Assembly: GCA_038087875.1 (NCBI GenBank)
Contig: CM075990.1
Span: 14,696,001-14,760,000 of the forward strand
Origin: Malacoraja senta
Lineage: Eukaryota
Length of the DNA: 64,000 bases
Direction of reading: 5' to 3'
Shown: positions 34,703-48,750 of the stretch, one piece after another
Layout: each line of letters starts with the position of its first letter
Numbering within the stretch: position 1 is the stretch's first letter
Translations under genes and position numbers: made by a program
Notes under the pieces: generated by a model
Databases searched by the model: none
What the model was told of the DNA's origin: nothing
The model's input: the letters and a program-made list of their open reading frames with translations, nothing else

Positions 34703-35084
34703 TATAATATGTTACTATACTTTATTTGCTTCTAATAAAAATATTAATCAAAAAAAAAAAGGCAATATTTTTATGCGGGGTCAGTTTTCTTTACACCGAG
34801 TCGTGGGGGTCTGGAGGTCTTTGCTCGGGGTGGTAATGCTCTTAGTAATGAAAATATCTGCAGATTTACATTCTTTTCTGCTCTTTTAGCTTTGCCTTTG
34901 AAGGCTGAGTAACACTTTGCATGTAGACTCCTCCTTTCTAAGGTTAACAACTCACTTTATTTCCCTTGTCCATCATTACAAACCTCTTGGGTTAATCATG
35001 ATTTCTCAATGCCGTTAAATTTAATGATTTGTACTTTTCAACTGATGATGTAAGCTGCCATTATGTTAAATATCTTGCCCCAAT

Positions 35085-35217
35085 ATGTAGGAAGAAACTA
35101 CAGATGGTAGTTTATATTGAAGATAGACACAAAATGGTGGAGTAACTCAACGGGTCAGGCAGCATCTCTGGAGAAAAGGAATAGGTGACGTTTCATGTTG
35201 GAAGCCTTCTTCAGACA
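35085..35217 (-). mobile_element. Penelope-derived short element
   Basis: tgtaggaagaaactacagatgg...ccttcttcagac. Confidence 0.7.
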
Positions 35218-35274
35218 TATCCTTGTGTTCCAATCGAATTTGGAACATAACCAGACCATGAAGACAATCAGGGT

Positions 35275-35426
35275 CTTTAGGGTGCGGGAGGAAACCGAAG
35301 ATCTCTGAGAAAACCCACACAGGTCACAGGGAGAATGTACAAACTCCGTACGGCCAAGCACCCATTGTCAGGATCGAGCCCGCGTGGCAGGCGCTGTAAG
35401 GCAGCAACTCTACCGCTGTGCTGCCC
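35275..35426 (-). mobile_element. HE1-like V-SINE 5' half
   Basis: gggaggaaaccgaagatctctgagaaaacccac...gcagcaactctaccgctgtgctgccc. Confidence 0.75.
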
Positions 35427-38400
35427 AGGCAAGGTGCTCTGCTATGCTGACTCCTCTGAGATTGGACTGAGCTACCGTGACAAGCCCGAGATCGTCATGT
35501 TCTCCTCGTATGCGTTCTGACAACGAGGGACAGTACGACTACTTGGACCTGGATATCGAATATGTCGTCTGTTTTTCTGTAACAATATTTCTACCCCACA
35601 TTTTTTTTCCCCCTCCATCTTGGTTGCAAACCTTTTTGGGTAATAAAATATTAAGATATTTTGTCAGTAGCAGAAATAATAATGCTTTTAAAGCATCATT
35701 TTTATGTACACTGCCTTCTTAACATGGTAATTCTAGTCAATTATTAAGGTAATTGAAAATTTGAGACCTTGTTCACATACAAAATATATAGTTACTTACA
35801 AAGAGGCATATGTTAAAATGTCTGCAGTTATTATTATGCGTCTTGTCTTTTTATCTAATATATTTTTTACATGGATATTCCATTAAAAATACCAAGTGCA
35901 GGTAGTGAAATATATTTCACTCATCTGATATGAGCTGCATGAAGTGGAAGCTCAAAAAACATGTCTAAAGTGAAAGAAAAATTGAAACTCTTGTCATGTG
36001 TTGGTGTGGAAATAGCTGTCATCTAATGTACATGGAAGTGTTGGCCTCTTCAACGTGATTGGTTTAAAAGCAAACAAAGGAGGAGAGAAATATTCCTGAT
36101 GTGGGCGAGGTGGTTGAGTGATTTGGGCTTTGACAAAATACTTCTAAGAAAGCCTACCGTAACAGATTCTAGCTGGAACAATAGATTGTTTCGAAGGTGC
36201 TAATAACTTAGAAATTGTTCGGGTGAAACGAAATGCACAGCACAATATGTAGAATGTTTTTTGAGATACCGAGATCATTGTACTCATCTTTGTTGAATTA
36301 GCTTGCATAAAAAAACTTCAGTTTGTCCTTTTCCACCATAACATTTCAATAGCACGTCACGGAAGTTTGTAAATCTTAATTATTGTAAAATGTTTGGTCC
36401 AATTCCTAACTCAGCTTGACAACTAAACACATTTTATGAAATGCCTGGTCTCTGTGTACATGTTTGATCCCATGTTACTTGGGGGGGAAAAAAAATCAAG
36501 TAATTTTCAAGTAAACTGTCTTCTATGGAAAAAGCATTAAAATTGGAAATTTAAATCATACCAGTAATTATCTGTTGAAAGCACCATTATTTAACTTTTT
36601 TTCTGCTGAGCAAAAACCCTGCTGAGATCACTTTGGCAGTCAGAGTAGTTCTGATGGTGTACATTGCATATTAATGTAATCCTTGGAAAGACATTATCAC
36701 TCTTAAGTAGACATTAACTTTGTAAATGCTAGATGTCTTTACCTGAAAAGCCTGTCTTAGCTTTTGGCTTTTTGTCAAAGACAGTTTATAAAATGATACA
36801 ATAAAAGGGCAAATTGCTAAGAGCTCTTGTTCAAATATCATTAATATGCATGCTTGCTGTTTATTTTTGAGCATGTATGTATATTTACAAGCATGAATAT
36901 TTACGGATGCATACTGATGTATGTACATTTTATTTGCATGTAGAGCTGTGTATGATCATTATTTGCATTTGCTGATGAAAGTTGGATGCATTTTGCAGAT
37001 GATGTGGATTTCCGCAAAACTCTGAAGGCCTCTCTCCCATTTAACCACAGTAGGAACCATTTTGCATTTTGATGACAGATCAAGTTTAGCAACTTGCATT
37101 TGGAACAAAATAGCTCGAGTGTCTTCCCCTGTCACAATGAGACATTAGGGCCTTGATGAAAAGAGAACAAAGAAGACAAAGTATGAAGCATACAAACTGT
37201 GCAAAGTAAAACAAAACCTTGTATGACCTGTCAGACATGTCAGTTGATATTCGTATCTAAGGCACATTATAGTATTACTTTGCAGCTTATAGCTTACTCA
37301 TCTGTCTTTTTTAATTCATCACACACTAGCCTGCATCTCTTAAGCCCCAAGTGTCAACATTGGATGGGTTCTGTTAATTGACAAATGAGTGTCACAAATG
37401 TGAATTGCTGTCTTTCCATCAGAGGCAGATAGACTCTGCTGTTTTTTGATGCAGCTATTATTGGTGTGCGCCAGTATAAGACATTCCTCTTATCCAAAAT
37501 AAGAAGTGACAGCTGAAGAAGACTTGTCATTGTCTTAGTGCATGTGTAATCTAGTGAGATGTCGGAATGAAGATAAAATGTCAGTTAAAAGAATATGAAA
37601 AACTATCTAAAGGAAGTCCTTAAATTACTTGAAATGCAGGTCTGGGAATTGCTGCACCGATGAAATCAGAATATTTCAATTCTGATCTATCAGCTCCATT
37701 TAAAACTAATATTTTCTGAGTAACTAGATCTGTTTATCATGCATTTAGGAAAATATGTTGTTCTTCAAGCTTAATTAGGTTCATAAGATGGAGAAAAATA
37801 TACCTTCAAAATATATAAACCCATTTATTAGGAGTTCTCCTTTAGGCCAGCAAAAAAAATTGCTGCAATAAAAATATGAAGTGGAATCTCTAGAGTTGAT
37901 TTGCATCATGCCGATATATTGAAATTGTCTCTCTTTGAGTTGATTTCATTTCACAACAAGCTGATGAATCATATCAGGAAATGATAAAAACAAAAGTTAT
38001 GAACTCATCTGTGGTAATAGAGTAAGTTTTTGTTGTATATAAATTGTGAACAATGCCACTACATTTTTTTTCATGTATGATGGAATATTTTGTGGAAGTG
38101 AAGCTTTTAAGAAACGAGGCAAAATTGAAGAATGAAATGGTATTTCTTTGAAATCCAGCCTCTGGAAAATATTTAAGAAATTTAAGTGCTTAAAATTTCT
38201 TTCAAGCTATCATAATTTTTTTTTGTCCATTTGCTGTCATCTTTTTTCAGAGAAACACAAATTTGGTGCGTGTGATTGCGTTATTGAATATATTCATTAA
38301 AAAATTACATGTTAATTTTACATTTAACTGTATGTTGATTGGTTGTTAACTATGTTTGCTACACACATTGTCTATACTCTATACTTTCCTTGTCAGGATC

Positions 38401-39099
38401 TGAGTTTTAGTGATTTTGGTTCCTGGGGAGGGAAGGGAATTAAAGTTAAAATATATCGAAAGCTATTCTTTGGCCATGACCAATCTCTCAAAGACTGTTC
38501 CACAGTGGATTAACATTTGGACCATATTAATATTGGGCTAGAACAGAACTGTGATTTACAGAATAAAATGGAAACCATTTTTATTAATGGATATATTTTG
38601 GGGTTCCTTGGGCAGTTGCATATAGCCATTGCATCGGTGACTTAAAATCATAAACCATATGAATAGCATTTTGTTAATGTGTAGTTTATTCAAATGAAAG
38701 GGATTTGTTTTTCAGAAGGCATTTGACAAAATCTCATGTAAAAGCCGAGCTAACAAATTTGGAATAAATGGTTTGGTGGCTACACGGATAAAAATTGGAT
38801 GAGGAAATGAGAAGCAAAATTGTGGCAAAGCAGAAAATGCTGGAAGCACTCAGCAGGTCAAGCTGCACTTGTCCAATATTTTCTGTTTTTATTTCAGATT
38901 TCCAGCATCTGCACCTTTTGTGTGCTTTTGGGTACTGTGTTGTGGTAAATAGCTGGGGTGGCAATTCCCAGGGATTAGAGCCAGGACTGCTATTTTTATG
39001 ATGTAGTGTACGTCAGTAACCTGGATCTAAGAATACTGCAGAGCCAAGTATCAAAAATAGATCAATGTAGAAACCTGTGGAGAACAGTATTAGATTACA

Positions 39100-39280
39100 T
39101 GTTGAATGGCGGTGCTGGCTCGAAGGGCCGAATGGCCTACTCCTGCACCTATTGTCTATTGTCTATTGGCAGAAGTGTCCCGACCCGAAATGTCACCCAC
39201 CCTTTTTCTCCAGAGATGCTGCCGGCCCCACTGAGATCTTCCAGCACTTTGTGTCTATCTTCGGAATAAACCAGTATCTT
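39100..39280 (+). mobile_element. CR1 tail fused to a Penelope-derived tail
   Basis: gaatggcggtgctggctcgaagggccg...(ctattgt)n, then cccgacccgaaatgtcaccc...gtgtctatcttc. Confidence 0.65.
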
Positions 39281-40199
39281 TAGGTTTTTTTTTTGTTTCT
39301 ACATAAGTGGGGTGGATGTGATTTATCACTGGAAATGTGTGAAAGGACTATTTAGACAGGAGAGACAATACAATGTAAATTGTACAATTTGGAGGAATGG
39401 GTGTGTACATCTCTAGAGGTGGTTGTCATGTGGAGAGAGCTGCTTGTAAAACATACGCGTTCCCAGGCTTTATAAATGGAAACATAAGAGTACAAGAGGT
39501 GGGAGGTCATGGATCACCAGTTGGACCAGGTTAAAGGTCAGCCAGTGTCAGAGAGCAGGAGCTGTGACAGACCACCTGCAAAGGATTCTGGGGATGGGTT
39601 GTCCCTGGCGATGGGTATTGGGGCTCTTCCTCACCAAGCCTGGTGTGAGATGGAGCAAGTGAGTTCCCCCTCATCATCTGGGCCAATGCTGTTGCTCTCT
39701 CGGCTCCGAGCCCCAGTTGAAGGACAATGGGTGATGGTTGAGGAAGAACAGCAGCTAGTTCTCCACAGCGAGCACAAGAAATCATCCTTCTATGAGGTAT
39801 CATTTTTTTATTTTCTGCGGTTCGTTTTTTCCCCCGTCCAGAAACACACATCCTCTAACTTTGGAAAATACGGCTAATAATGAAGAAAATATATCAATAT
39901 TACTTTTCTTCAGTTTTGTTTGTTCTGCCTGGGACTTGGCCACCAATCATCATAGAATGTGGGTAAGGCCTTGCACAAAATATCGGGGTATTTGGGGGTT
40001 GGGAGTGGTCTAGCTTTCGTGACGATGAGAGAAAGGAAAATAAGGATAATTTGGTGCTAGGGGTTAGATGTAGAAGGGTGTAAAGAGGCGAGTGTGGCAC
40101 ACAAACACAGGCACCAACTTGTCTGTCCATGTTTATGTACCTCGCTAATTCTATTTCTTTCACTGCGGCATGCCTGTTTTTAAAATCAATTTACGTTTA

Positions 40200-40632
40200 T
40201 ATAACCATATAACCATATAACCATAACAGCACGGAAACAGGCCATCTCGGCCCTTCAAGTCCATGCCGAACATTAAAAAATTTTTTTTTTAATTATTATT
40301 ATTTTTTTTAAATTAAAAATAAAATACTTCCCCCTAGTCCCATCTACCTGCACTCAGACCATAACCCTCCATTCCTTTCCCGTCCATATACCCATCCAAT
40401 CTATTTTTAAAGGATAACATCGAACCTGCCTCCATCACTTCCACTGGAAGCTCATTCCACACAGCTACCACTCTCTGAGTAAAGAAGTTCCCCCTAATGT
40501 TACCCCTAAACTTCTGTCCCTTAATTCTCAAGTCATGTCCCCTTGTTTGAATCTTCCCTACTCTCAATGGGAAAAGCTTATCCACGTCCACTCTGTCTAA
40601 CCCGCTCATAATTTTAAAGACCTCTATCAAGT
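40200..40632 (-). mobile_element. CR1 LINE 3' fragment
   Basis: IEVFKIMSGLDRVD...TRGHDLRIKG...FFTQRVVAVWNELP; (TATATGGT)n tail. Confidence 0.9.
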
Positions 40633-41499
40633 ATGACTATTGACATTAGTTTGCAGAGTGCTGAGCAGTTGCTATGTATTATTATTTTCTAATGATGACG
40701 TCATATTTGAGGGCAATGCCAATTGACGGCAGCAGGGCATAAGCTGGCTAACAGATTGGACAGCCCAAGTGCAGAAGGCATGAAGTACCAAGGGGAATGA
40801 GCTGGTGCATTTTTTTGCTGAATGAATGAAGAGAGGCAATATCGATTTAATAACCTAGTTCTATACAGTGGACAGGAACAGTGGGATACAATTGTTGTGG
40901 GTAGATCTTTAACAATGGTCACACATCTAGAGTTGGCATAGCATGCAAGATCTTGTGCATTATAAGTAGAGGCACCTAGTACAAAAACAGGGGAAACAGT
41001 TAATGTACAAATGGTGTTTTGGGCTTCTTTACAGTAAAGTTTGGTACAAGAGCAAGGATGTCCCACTACTTTTATCCAGGGCCTTGGTGAGACCACACAA
41101 GAAGTTTTGGGTTCTGAAGGAAATTCAAAAGCACTTGAGGGAAATAAACCTTAAAGAGTCCCAGGGGAGAGGGTTGAAAGAGACTGACAATACTTTATGG
41201 GGTGCTGGGTTGGAATCCATGTGCAATAATAACTTTAACCCAATGAAAGCCAGGTTACATTCGCAGGAATTCCTCCCCACCTTATATCCTTACATTCTTG
41301 TCCTGTAGCTCTTGCGGATTGGCCTAAACCAAAGAAACTGCATACATCTACATTTAATACATAGGCAAAATAAAATATAAAGTGTGTATATTCTAGCGTG
41401 TATGTATGCATGCCTCATATGTACTTTGATGCAATTATGAGATGCACGTGGAAGAAATTATGTTATCCACTTTGAGCCTTCTCTAATAGTAACATCCTC

Positions 41500-41590
41500 A
41501 AAGGGTCTCGACACAGAACGTCACCCATTCCTTCTCTCCAGAGATGCTGCCTATCTTTGGTGTAAACCAGCATCTGCAGGCCCTTCCTAC
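41500..41590 (+). mobile_element. Penelope-derived short element with 8-bp TSD
   Basis: TSD ACATCCTC at 41492-41499 and 41591-41598. Confidence 0.65.
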
Positions 41591-42429
41591 ACATCCTCCT
41601 ATCCACACTCCATCTTAAAAGGAATCTTAAAAGTACATCTATGATGGTTTCTGATGTTGTTTGAGAGTAGATGTTCTGGTCTTAATGATAAAAATATGTT
41701 CACTGCAAGGGTGTTATGGCTGAGAATGCTCATGGTCTTGGCGTATGTCCATATTTTTGCATTTTACTCCAAAATGATAGACGGGATTCTTCCAATGTTC
41801 TTATCCATACCCCAAGATAGATAGTGCCTATTCTATGATACTATATAAATTCAACAGCCTTGGTGCAGAGCTAAATTATTCCTGACACTCTTAGGAATCT
41901 CTGCTTACCGGATAAATTCTGGGAAAGTGAGGCAGCCACATTAATGCACATTTTAAAAGAAAGCAACCAAGACTGTAATAATCTCTCCCAGGTATCCATT
42001 ATTTATTATAATATTTCCACATGTGACGGTTAAATGTCATAACTCCGACGTACTGAATTATGCCCATGGACTCCAGGTTATTTATTCTGTAAAATGTATA
42101 TTTGCATGTTAAATTGATAGAATCTGCAATTTATGTCAGAGATGAGATGGACTAATGCAAACAAATTAATGTTGTCCCTTGCACGTTCCCTTCTTGTCAA
42201 TGCTTTGCTGCCTAACACTATTTATTGTGCAAACTCTTTCATCTGATGGAAAAGTTGCTTTTGGCTGAAATTAGAATCACACTGGGACTCATTTTAAGTT
42301 CTTTTCCAAACTAATATTTGGTTTTATTGCAGTGATGAATTTTTAATTTTCAATTACAAATGTCAGGTTCATAGAGCGACGAATGCTGATGGTTCATGTG
42401 GTCTATCTGGTTTTTAGCAAGCACTTGTA

Positions 42430-43480
42430 GGGGCGGTACTGTGGCACTATTGGCGGAGCTGCTGCCTTGCAACTCCAGCAACTTGGGTTTGATGTGTCCC
42501 ATCAGGCAGAAGGTATAGAAGTGTGACAACGCACACCTCCAGATTCAGGGACATTTTCTTCCCTGCTGTTATTGGGAACTCAATCAACCTACCACAACCA
42601 GATAGCAGTGCTGAACTACCATATACCCCTTTGGTGACCCTCGGACAATCCTTGATCTGACTTTGCTGGCTTTACCTTGCACTAAACATTATTCCCTTAC
42701 CCTTATCACTATAAATGTCTCGATTGTAATCATGTATTGTCTTTCTGCTGACTAGATAGCACGCAACAAAAGATTTTCACTGTACCTCGATACATATGAC
42801 AATAAACTAAACTGAAACAGTTGCTGTGTGTGTGGATTTACACATTCTCTCCAAGACGGCGTAGATCTCTTCTGGGTGTCCCATTTTCCCCTCGTGTTCT
42901 GAAAATGGACAGATTGGAGGTTACTTAGAACATAGAAAATAGAACAGTACAGAGCAGGTACAGGCTCTTCAGCCCTCAATGTGCAGTCGACAAGGTAGAG
43001 ACAGTCAAAACCATTCTCCCCGGGATAGAAATGTCTCGTACTACTGTTCATAGCTTTAAGGCGAGAGAGACAAAATGTAAGGAAGATGTGTAAGGTTTTC
43101 TTGTGTTCCCAACACAGAGGGTGGTGAGTGTCTGGAACACATTGCCAGGTGTGGTGTGGAGGCAGGTACAATAGTGGCATGTAAGAGACTTTTGGATAGG
43201 CACATAGATATACAGGGAATATAAGGATATGAAAGTCAAGTACTTGCACGCTTTTTGTAAGGTATGTTAATGATCAGACCCAAATGTGGGAGGCACACAT
43301 AGGAAGTTTGTAGATTCAGTTTAGTTTAGTTTAGAGATACAGCATGGAAACAGATCATTTGGCCCACCGAGTCCGCACCAACCAGCAATCCCCGCACACT
43401 AGCACTATCCTACATACACTTGGGACAATTTACAATTTTACCAAGCCAATTAACCTAAAAACCTGTATGTCTTTGGATAA
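42430..43480. mobile_element. Nested cluster: V-SINE split by a Rex1/Babar 3' end (about 42498-42817), CR1 fragments, HE1-like SINE (43317-43478, minus)
   Basis: Family motifs as in the other copies in this window. Confidence 0.6.
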
Positions 43481-44203
43481 TGCAGAAAAATGGCTATGTG
43501 GGTGAGGAAACCTTTGCTGCAGGAAAATATGGTCAGTTTTCCAGGGGTCAATAAACCTGAAGACGTAATGGTTGGTCAGGGATTCGAGAGGAGATAGAAA
43601 AGCTGTTTTCTCTACCACAGTGAGTGGTAGAGTGCTGCAAGTCACATCCTGAAAACTGGAGATGCAAACCATAACCACATAGAAACAGTACAAAAAGACA
43701 CAAAATACTGGAGCAACTCAGCAGATCAGGCAGCATGTTAGTCAAGAGAGTTTTATTATCATGTGTCCCAGATAGGACAATGAAATTCTTGCTTGCTGCA
43801 GCACAACAGAATATGTAAACATAATACAGAACAGGAGATAAAAGTTCAGTGTGTCCATACATGAATGGGTGACATTTTAGGTTGAGACCCTTCTTCAGAC
43901 ATATTGTGCATTAATTAGCATCTGCAATTCTTTGTTTCTACATATTAACAGTACCACTTGGACCACACAGTACTCTAAGCAATACCCTCCCTCGTGCTGA
44001 CACATCCAGTATGGTAACCAGAAGTGAACGCAGTAATCTACTTGTCGTCTAAGTGGTTTTGCATATGGTTCCATACAGTCTTTGCTCTTATGTTATGTTC
44101 CTTAGTCAATAAAGCAAAGTATCCTTCAGGGTACAGAGTGTTGGACATGTACCAGTAGCCGTGACCTGCAGGGCCATGACTTAGTTCTGGGAGGTGGAAT
44201 TAG

Positions 44204-44490
44204 GTTTAGTTTAGTTTAGAGATATAGTGCGAAAACAGGCCCTTTGGCCCACCGAGTCCACACCGACCAGCGATCCCGCACATTAACACAAACCTACACA
44301 CACTAGGGATAATTTACACTTATACCAAGTATACAAACCCAACTCAATTAACCTACAAACCTGTACGTCTTTGGAGTGTGGGAGGAAACCGAAGATCTCA
44401 AAAACCCACGTGGTCACGGATCGAACACGGGTCTCTGGCGCTGCAAGCGCTGTAAGGCAGCAACTCTACTGCAGCGCCACCGTGCTGCCC
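44204..44490 (-). mobile_element. HE1-like V-SINE
   Basis: Reverse complement of the 7052-7357 family, with an internal deletion. Confidence 0.8.
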
Positions 44491-46017
44491 ATATTTGGTC
44501 ATAGCTTTTGTGTTTGGCATGGATGTAGTGGGCCATATGGCCTCCTTCAATTGTTATTTCTCTATTATTATTTTTTTATAGCAGTAACAAAATTTGGAGT
44601 TATATTTCAATATAAATATTATATCTAAAATGTGGCAGGTCTTGATGTGATTTGTTATTCCAGACATTTTCTTTCCGTTGAAAATTACAGCACCATATCA
44701 TGTTTTAAGACTGCAGCAGAATTTTTATTCTGATTTTATTTATACCATATTTGACGGTAGAATTAAATATATTTTATTGCTAACATTGGAGGAAAAATGA
44801 CAATCTTTTCTACCATCTTCAATTTTTAATAATTGTTTTCAAACTAACAAGACAGGCTGGTGACTTGCTGATGATCTAACTATTGATTTGAGAAAGGTGC
44901 AAGAAAGAAAAAATATAATTTGTACCTTGTCTTCCATGACTTAAACAAAGTGTGAAAACACTTCAAAACCAATGTTGTGTGGTCATTAATGCTGTGGCTG
45001 TTATGGGAAATTGACTTTACCTTTGTCATCCTGATCCCTCCTCCGCAATGTCAAGCTTTATTTGTCACATACGCAACTGCACAATGAAATTATTTTTGCA
45101 TATATTACACATGCTGGCGCCGCCATTTTGGGCGCCATTTCCAGGTGTCCAAAGTCTGGTCTGCCCGTGCCCATGGTGTACTGGAGCAGTTCATGTGAAT
45201 CGACGTTCCTCTCCTCTCCTCCTCCTCCTCCCCGCCCCTCTCCTCCCCTCCTCCCCCCTCCCCCTCTCCCCCCTCCCCCCACTATCTTTACCGATGAAGA
45301 ATCCATCAGGAGGAACAAGAACTGTTTCTTTCTCCATGTCAGCTGCCTACCTAACTGAATGTTTCCAGCATTTTCCTTTATATTTCAGATTTCTAGCATC
45401 GGCAGCATTTTTTTATTTTCTTTAGGTTTTTAAAAACAATAGTATGAAATTAGCACTAGTATTGTTGTTCTATGCACTTTGGTTTTGCACTTTTGCTTCT
45501 TCCTCCATAGATGTTGCATGACCTGCTGTCTGTTTCCAGATCTCTCTGATTTTATTTCAGACATCCATCATCTGCAGCTTCTTTTCAATTGTGAAGAAAA
45601 TCAGTCGGGCAGACGATTGGGATTGGGGAAAGGGGGAATTGAGAGATGGCAGAAAGAGATGATCACCGGAAAAATATTCAGATTGTGATAGGCCACTGTG
45701 CTATGGGGGAAAGGATAGATCACGATATAGAGTTGCAGTGGGGTCATGTAGGTATGTGAGGTATTTGCTGTTTGCAAATCTCATTGTCACAGATGGAAAC
45801 AAAGTGCCAGAGTAACTCAGCAGCTCTGGCAACATCTCTGGAAAACATGGACAGTTGACATTTGGGGTCGAGATCCTACTTCAGGCCTCTTCTTTCATTG
45901 TCACACGATGATTTTGCATAAAAATGTATTTCACATAAAAAAAAATCTAGAAGTTAATGCTTGTTTTATTATGAAAAAAGAAATACAAAGTTGTGAACAG
46001 AAGGAGCAAATCATAGA

Positions 46018-46176
46018 TGCGAAGGAAGGATCTGCAGATGCCGGTTTACAACAAAGAGACACAAAATGCTGGAGTAGCACAGCTGGACAGGCAGCATCTC
46101 TGGAGAGAAGGAATGGGTGACGTTTCAGGGTCGGAACCCTTCTTCAGAGCTAGTCCAGCATTTTGCGTCTATCTTT
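46018..46176. mobile_element. Penelope-derived element with 15-bp TSD
   Basis: TSD GGAGCAAATCATAGA at 46003-46017 and 46177-46191. Confidence 0.8.
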
Positions 46177-46582
46177 GGAGCAAATCATAGAGTCTTACAG
46201 GATGGAAGCATGTCCTTCAGCCCAATTTGTCCATGCCAACCAAGATGCCCCATCTAAAGCTAGTTCCATTTGACTGCATTTGGCACATGTCCCTCTAAAC
46301 ATTTCCTACCCATGCACCTGTCCAAGTGGCCTCGGCTTCCTCCTCTGGCAGGTCATTCCAAATACTCACCACCCTCTCAGTGAAAAAGGGATTGTTTTCC
46401 AGCACAGCTCCAGCTCGCAGACCATGGCATGGTCGTTAGCAGTGAGGATTAGCAGGATGATCGGGGCTGGGGATGAAGCAAGTTGTATCTCGGGGAGGAA
46501 GCAACTTGGAGACGAAGGATGAACTGACTTTAATGACAGGAGGATGGAACACTGTTAGCCGACAGCAGAGTCTTTTTGATTG

Positions 46583-46853
46583 CGTGGAAACGGGTTCTTT
46601 GGCCCACCGAGTCCACACCTACCATCGATCGCCCGTTCACACTAGTTCTACGTTATCCCACTTTCGCCTCCAGAACCTACAACCTAGGGACAATTTGCAG
46701 AGCCCAATTAACCTACAAATCCATATGTCTATGGGATGTTGGAGGAAACCGCGCGTTCACAGGGAGAGTGTGCAAACTCCACACAGAGAGGTCCGGATTG
46801 AACTCTGGTCTCTGGCACTGTGAGGCATCAGCTGTGCCAGTGTGGCACCATGC
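46583..46853 (-). mobile_element. HE1-like V-SINE, diverged
   Basis: Same family, reverse complement. Confidence 0.7.
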
Positions 46854-47281
46854 ACAGAGTTGAGTAAAAAGGGATCAGGGTTGTAGTGGGTGTAGTATGA
46901 AGAGTTCCTGGCAGCAGTCATTATTATTCTATCATTTTATTGCTGAGATTTTGCATGCAGGAAAAAACAGAATGGTTGTAAAGGGAGTTTTAATATTCAT
47001 CTTGATTGGGATAACCAGACCAACTCCAGATAGAAAGATGGTGCACATTTGATATCTTTTGCAAGTTCTCTGCAACAATATGCCCTGAAATCAACAAGGG
47101 TGCAAGCCACATCGGATTTCGTACTGAGTGATGATCCAGATTTAGTTAACATTTATATTTATATAATAACGATGACATGATCGGGCTTAATGGTGTTTGA
47201 AAGGGAGAAATGCACAACTGCTACGACATTAAATGTAGACAAGGCTGACTTCAAGATGATGTGGCAGAGCCCATCCATATT

Positions 47282-47680
47282 ATCAATCAATCAATCAATC
47301 AATCAATTTTATTTCTATAGCACATTTAAAACCAACTCACGTTGACCAAAGTGCTGTACATCAGAGCAGGTACTAATGTGCTCCATACGATGGTACACGG
47401 ACCTAACAATACACACATAAACTGTTTACAGCGCCCCCTCAGAGGGCCTCAAAAAACGCTGGGGAGTAGAAATAGGTTTTGAGCCTCGATTTAAAGGAGT
47501 CGATGGAGGGGGCAGTTCTGATGAGGAGAGGGATGCTGTTCCACAGTCCAGGTGCTGCAACCGCAAAAGCGCGGCCTCCCCTGAGCTTAAACCTAGACCG
47601 CGGGATAGTCAGTAGTCCCAAGTCGGCCGACCTGAGGGACCTGGAGGTAGAGTGGTGGGTTACAAGAATTTTGATATGGG
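47282..47680 (-). mobile_element. L2 LINE 3' end
   Basis: GLLTIPRSRFKLRGGRAFAVAAPGLWNSIPLLIRTAPSIDSFKSRLKTYF; (TGAT)n tail. Confidence 0.85.
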
Positions 47681-48448
47681 GTGGGGGGGGGGGGGGGGGG
47701 GGGCAAGCCCGTTAAGGGCTTTCTATACGAATAAATATTAAACTGAGCAAATCTATTATTGGATACAGTGACACAGTGGGAGATGTTCAAAAAAGAATTG
47801 ACTGTGATAAATAAAGTATATTCCTCCGAGGAGCAAGAGATGTAGTTGTCTAAAATAACCAATCATTGACAACTCAAGAGACAAGATAACAACTTAAAAC
47901 TAGAAGAAAAAAACATACAAAAATGGAAAATCCAGCACTGATTCTGGCAACTGGGAGAGATTGAGTGAAAAATGTTGAGTTATGAAGAAATCTGGAAAGG
48001 AATTTGGATGGGATTTAAAAATCAACACATCGCCACAAGTTTGGGAAAATAGCATGATTTAAAAGCTAACAGTAACATTATAAATAAAGAAATGACAAAT
48101 GTTGAAGGATTACTGACAGAACAAATCCCGAGTAAACAAAATGTAGTGCAAGGCAATAAATCCTAGACCTTGATGACCTTCATCATGCAATTTGAAAGAT
48201 GTGGCATTGATATGACGGATAAACTAGTTCTAGAACAGTTAACACTGACTGATAGCAGCAAGAGAGAGGAAATCAGATTTGTATTAGTTTATTGTTATAT
48301 CCTCCAGGGTACAGTGAAATTCATTGTTCATATAAAGCTCACAAAGTGAACAATATACATGGTAATGATAAATAACACAATAAATATAACAATGAGTACA
48401 AAACAGCACATTGGAACAAGATTGGAGTGTATAATCCAAGGGTGCAGA

Positions 48449-48750
48449 GGGGCATGCGGCTGTAGAGTTGCTGCCTTACAGCGCCAGACTTGGGTTTGAT
48501 CCTGACTATGGGTGCTACCTATACCGAGTTTGTACATTCTCACTTTGACTGCATGGTTTTTCTCTGGGTGCTCCGGTTTCCTCCCACACTTCAAAATGAT
48601 GTACAGGTTTGTAGGCTAATTGGCTTTGGTTGGTTGTTAAATTTTACCTAGTGTGTATAGAATGTATAGGGTAGTGTATGGGGTGATCGCTGGTCGGCAT
48701 GGACTCGGTGGGCCAAAGGGCCTGCTTCTGCGCTATATCTTTAAAGATTA
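48449..48750 (+). mobile_element. HE1-like V-SINE
   Basis: gtagagttgctgccttacagcgccagac...ggtttcctcccacac...gggccaaagggcctg. Confidence 0.8.

Noticed and set aside
34428..34889. 153-aa plus-strand ORF
   Set aside because: Antisense shadow of the CR1 ORF2 fragment.
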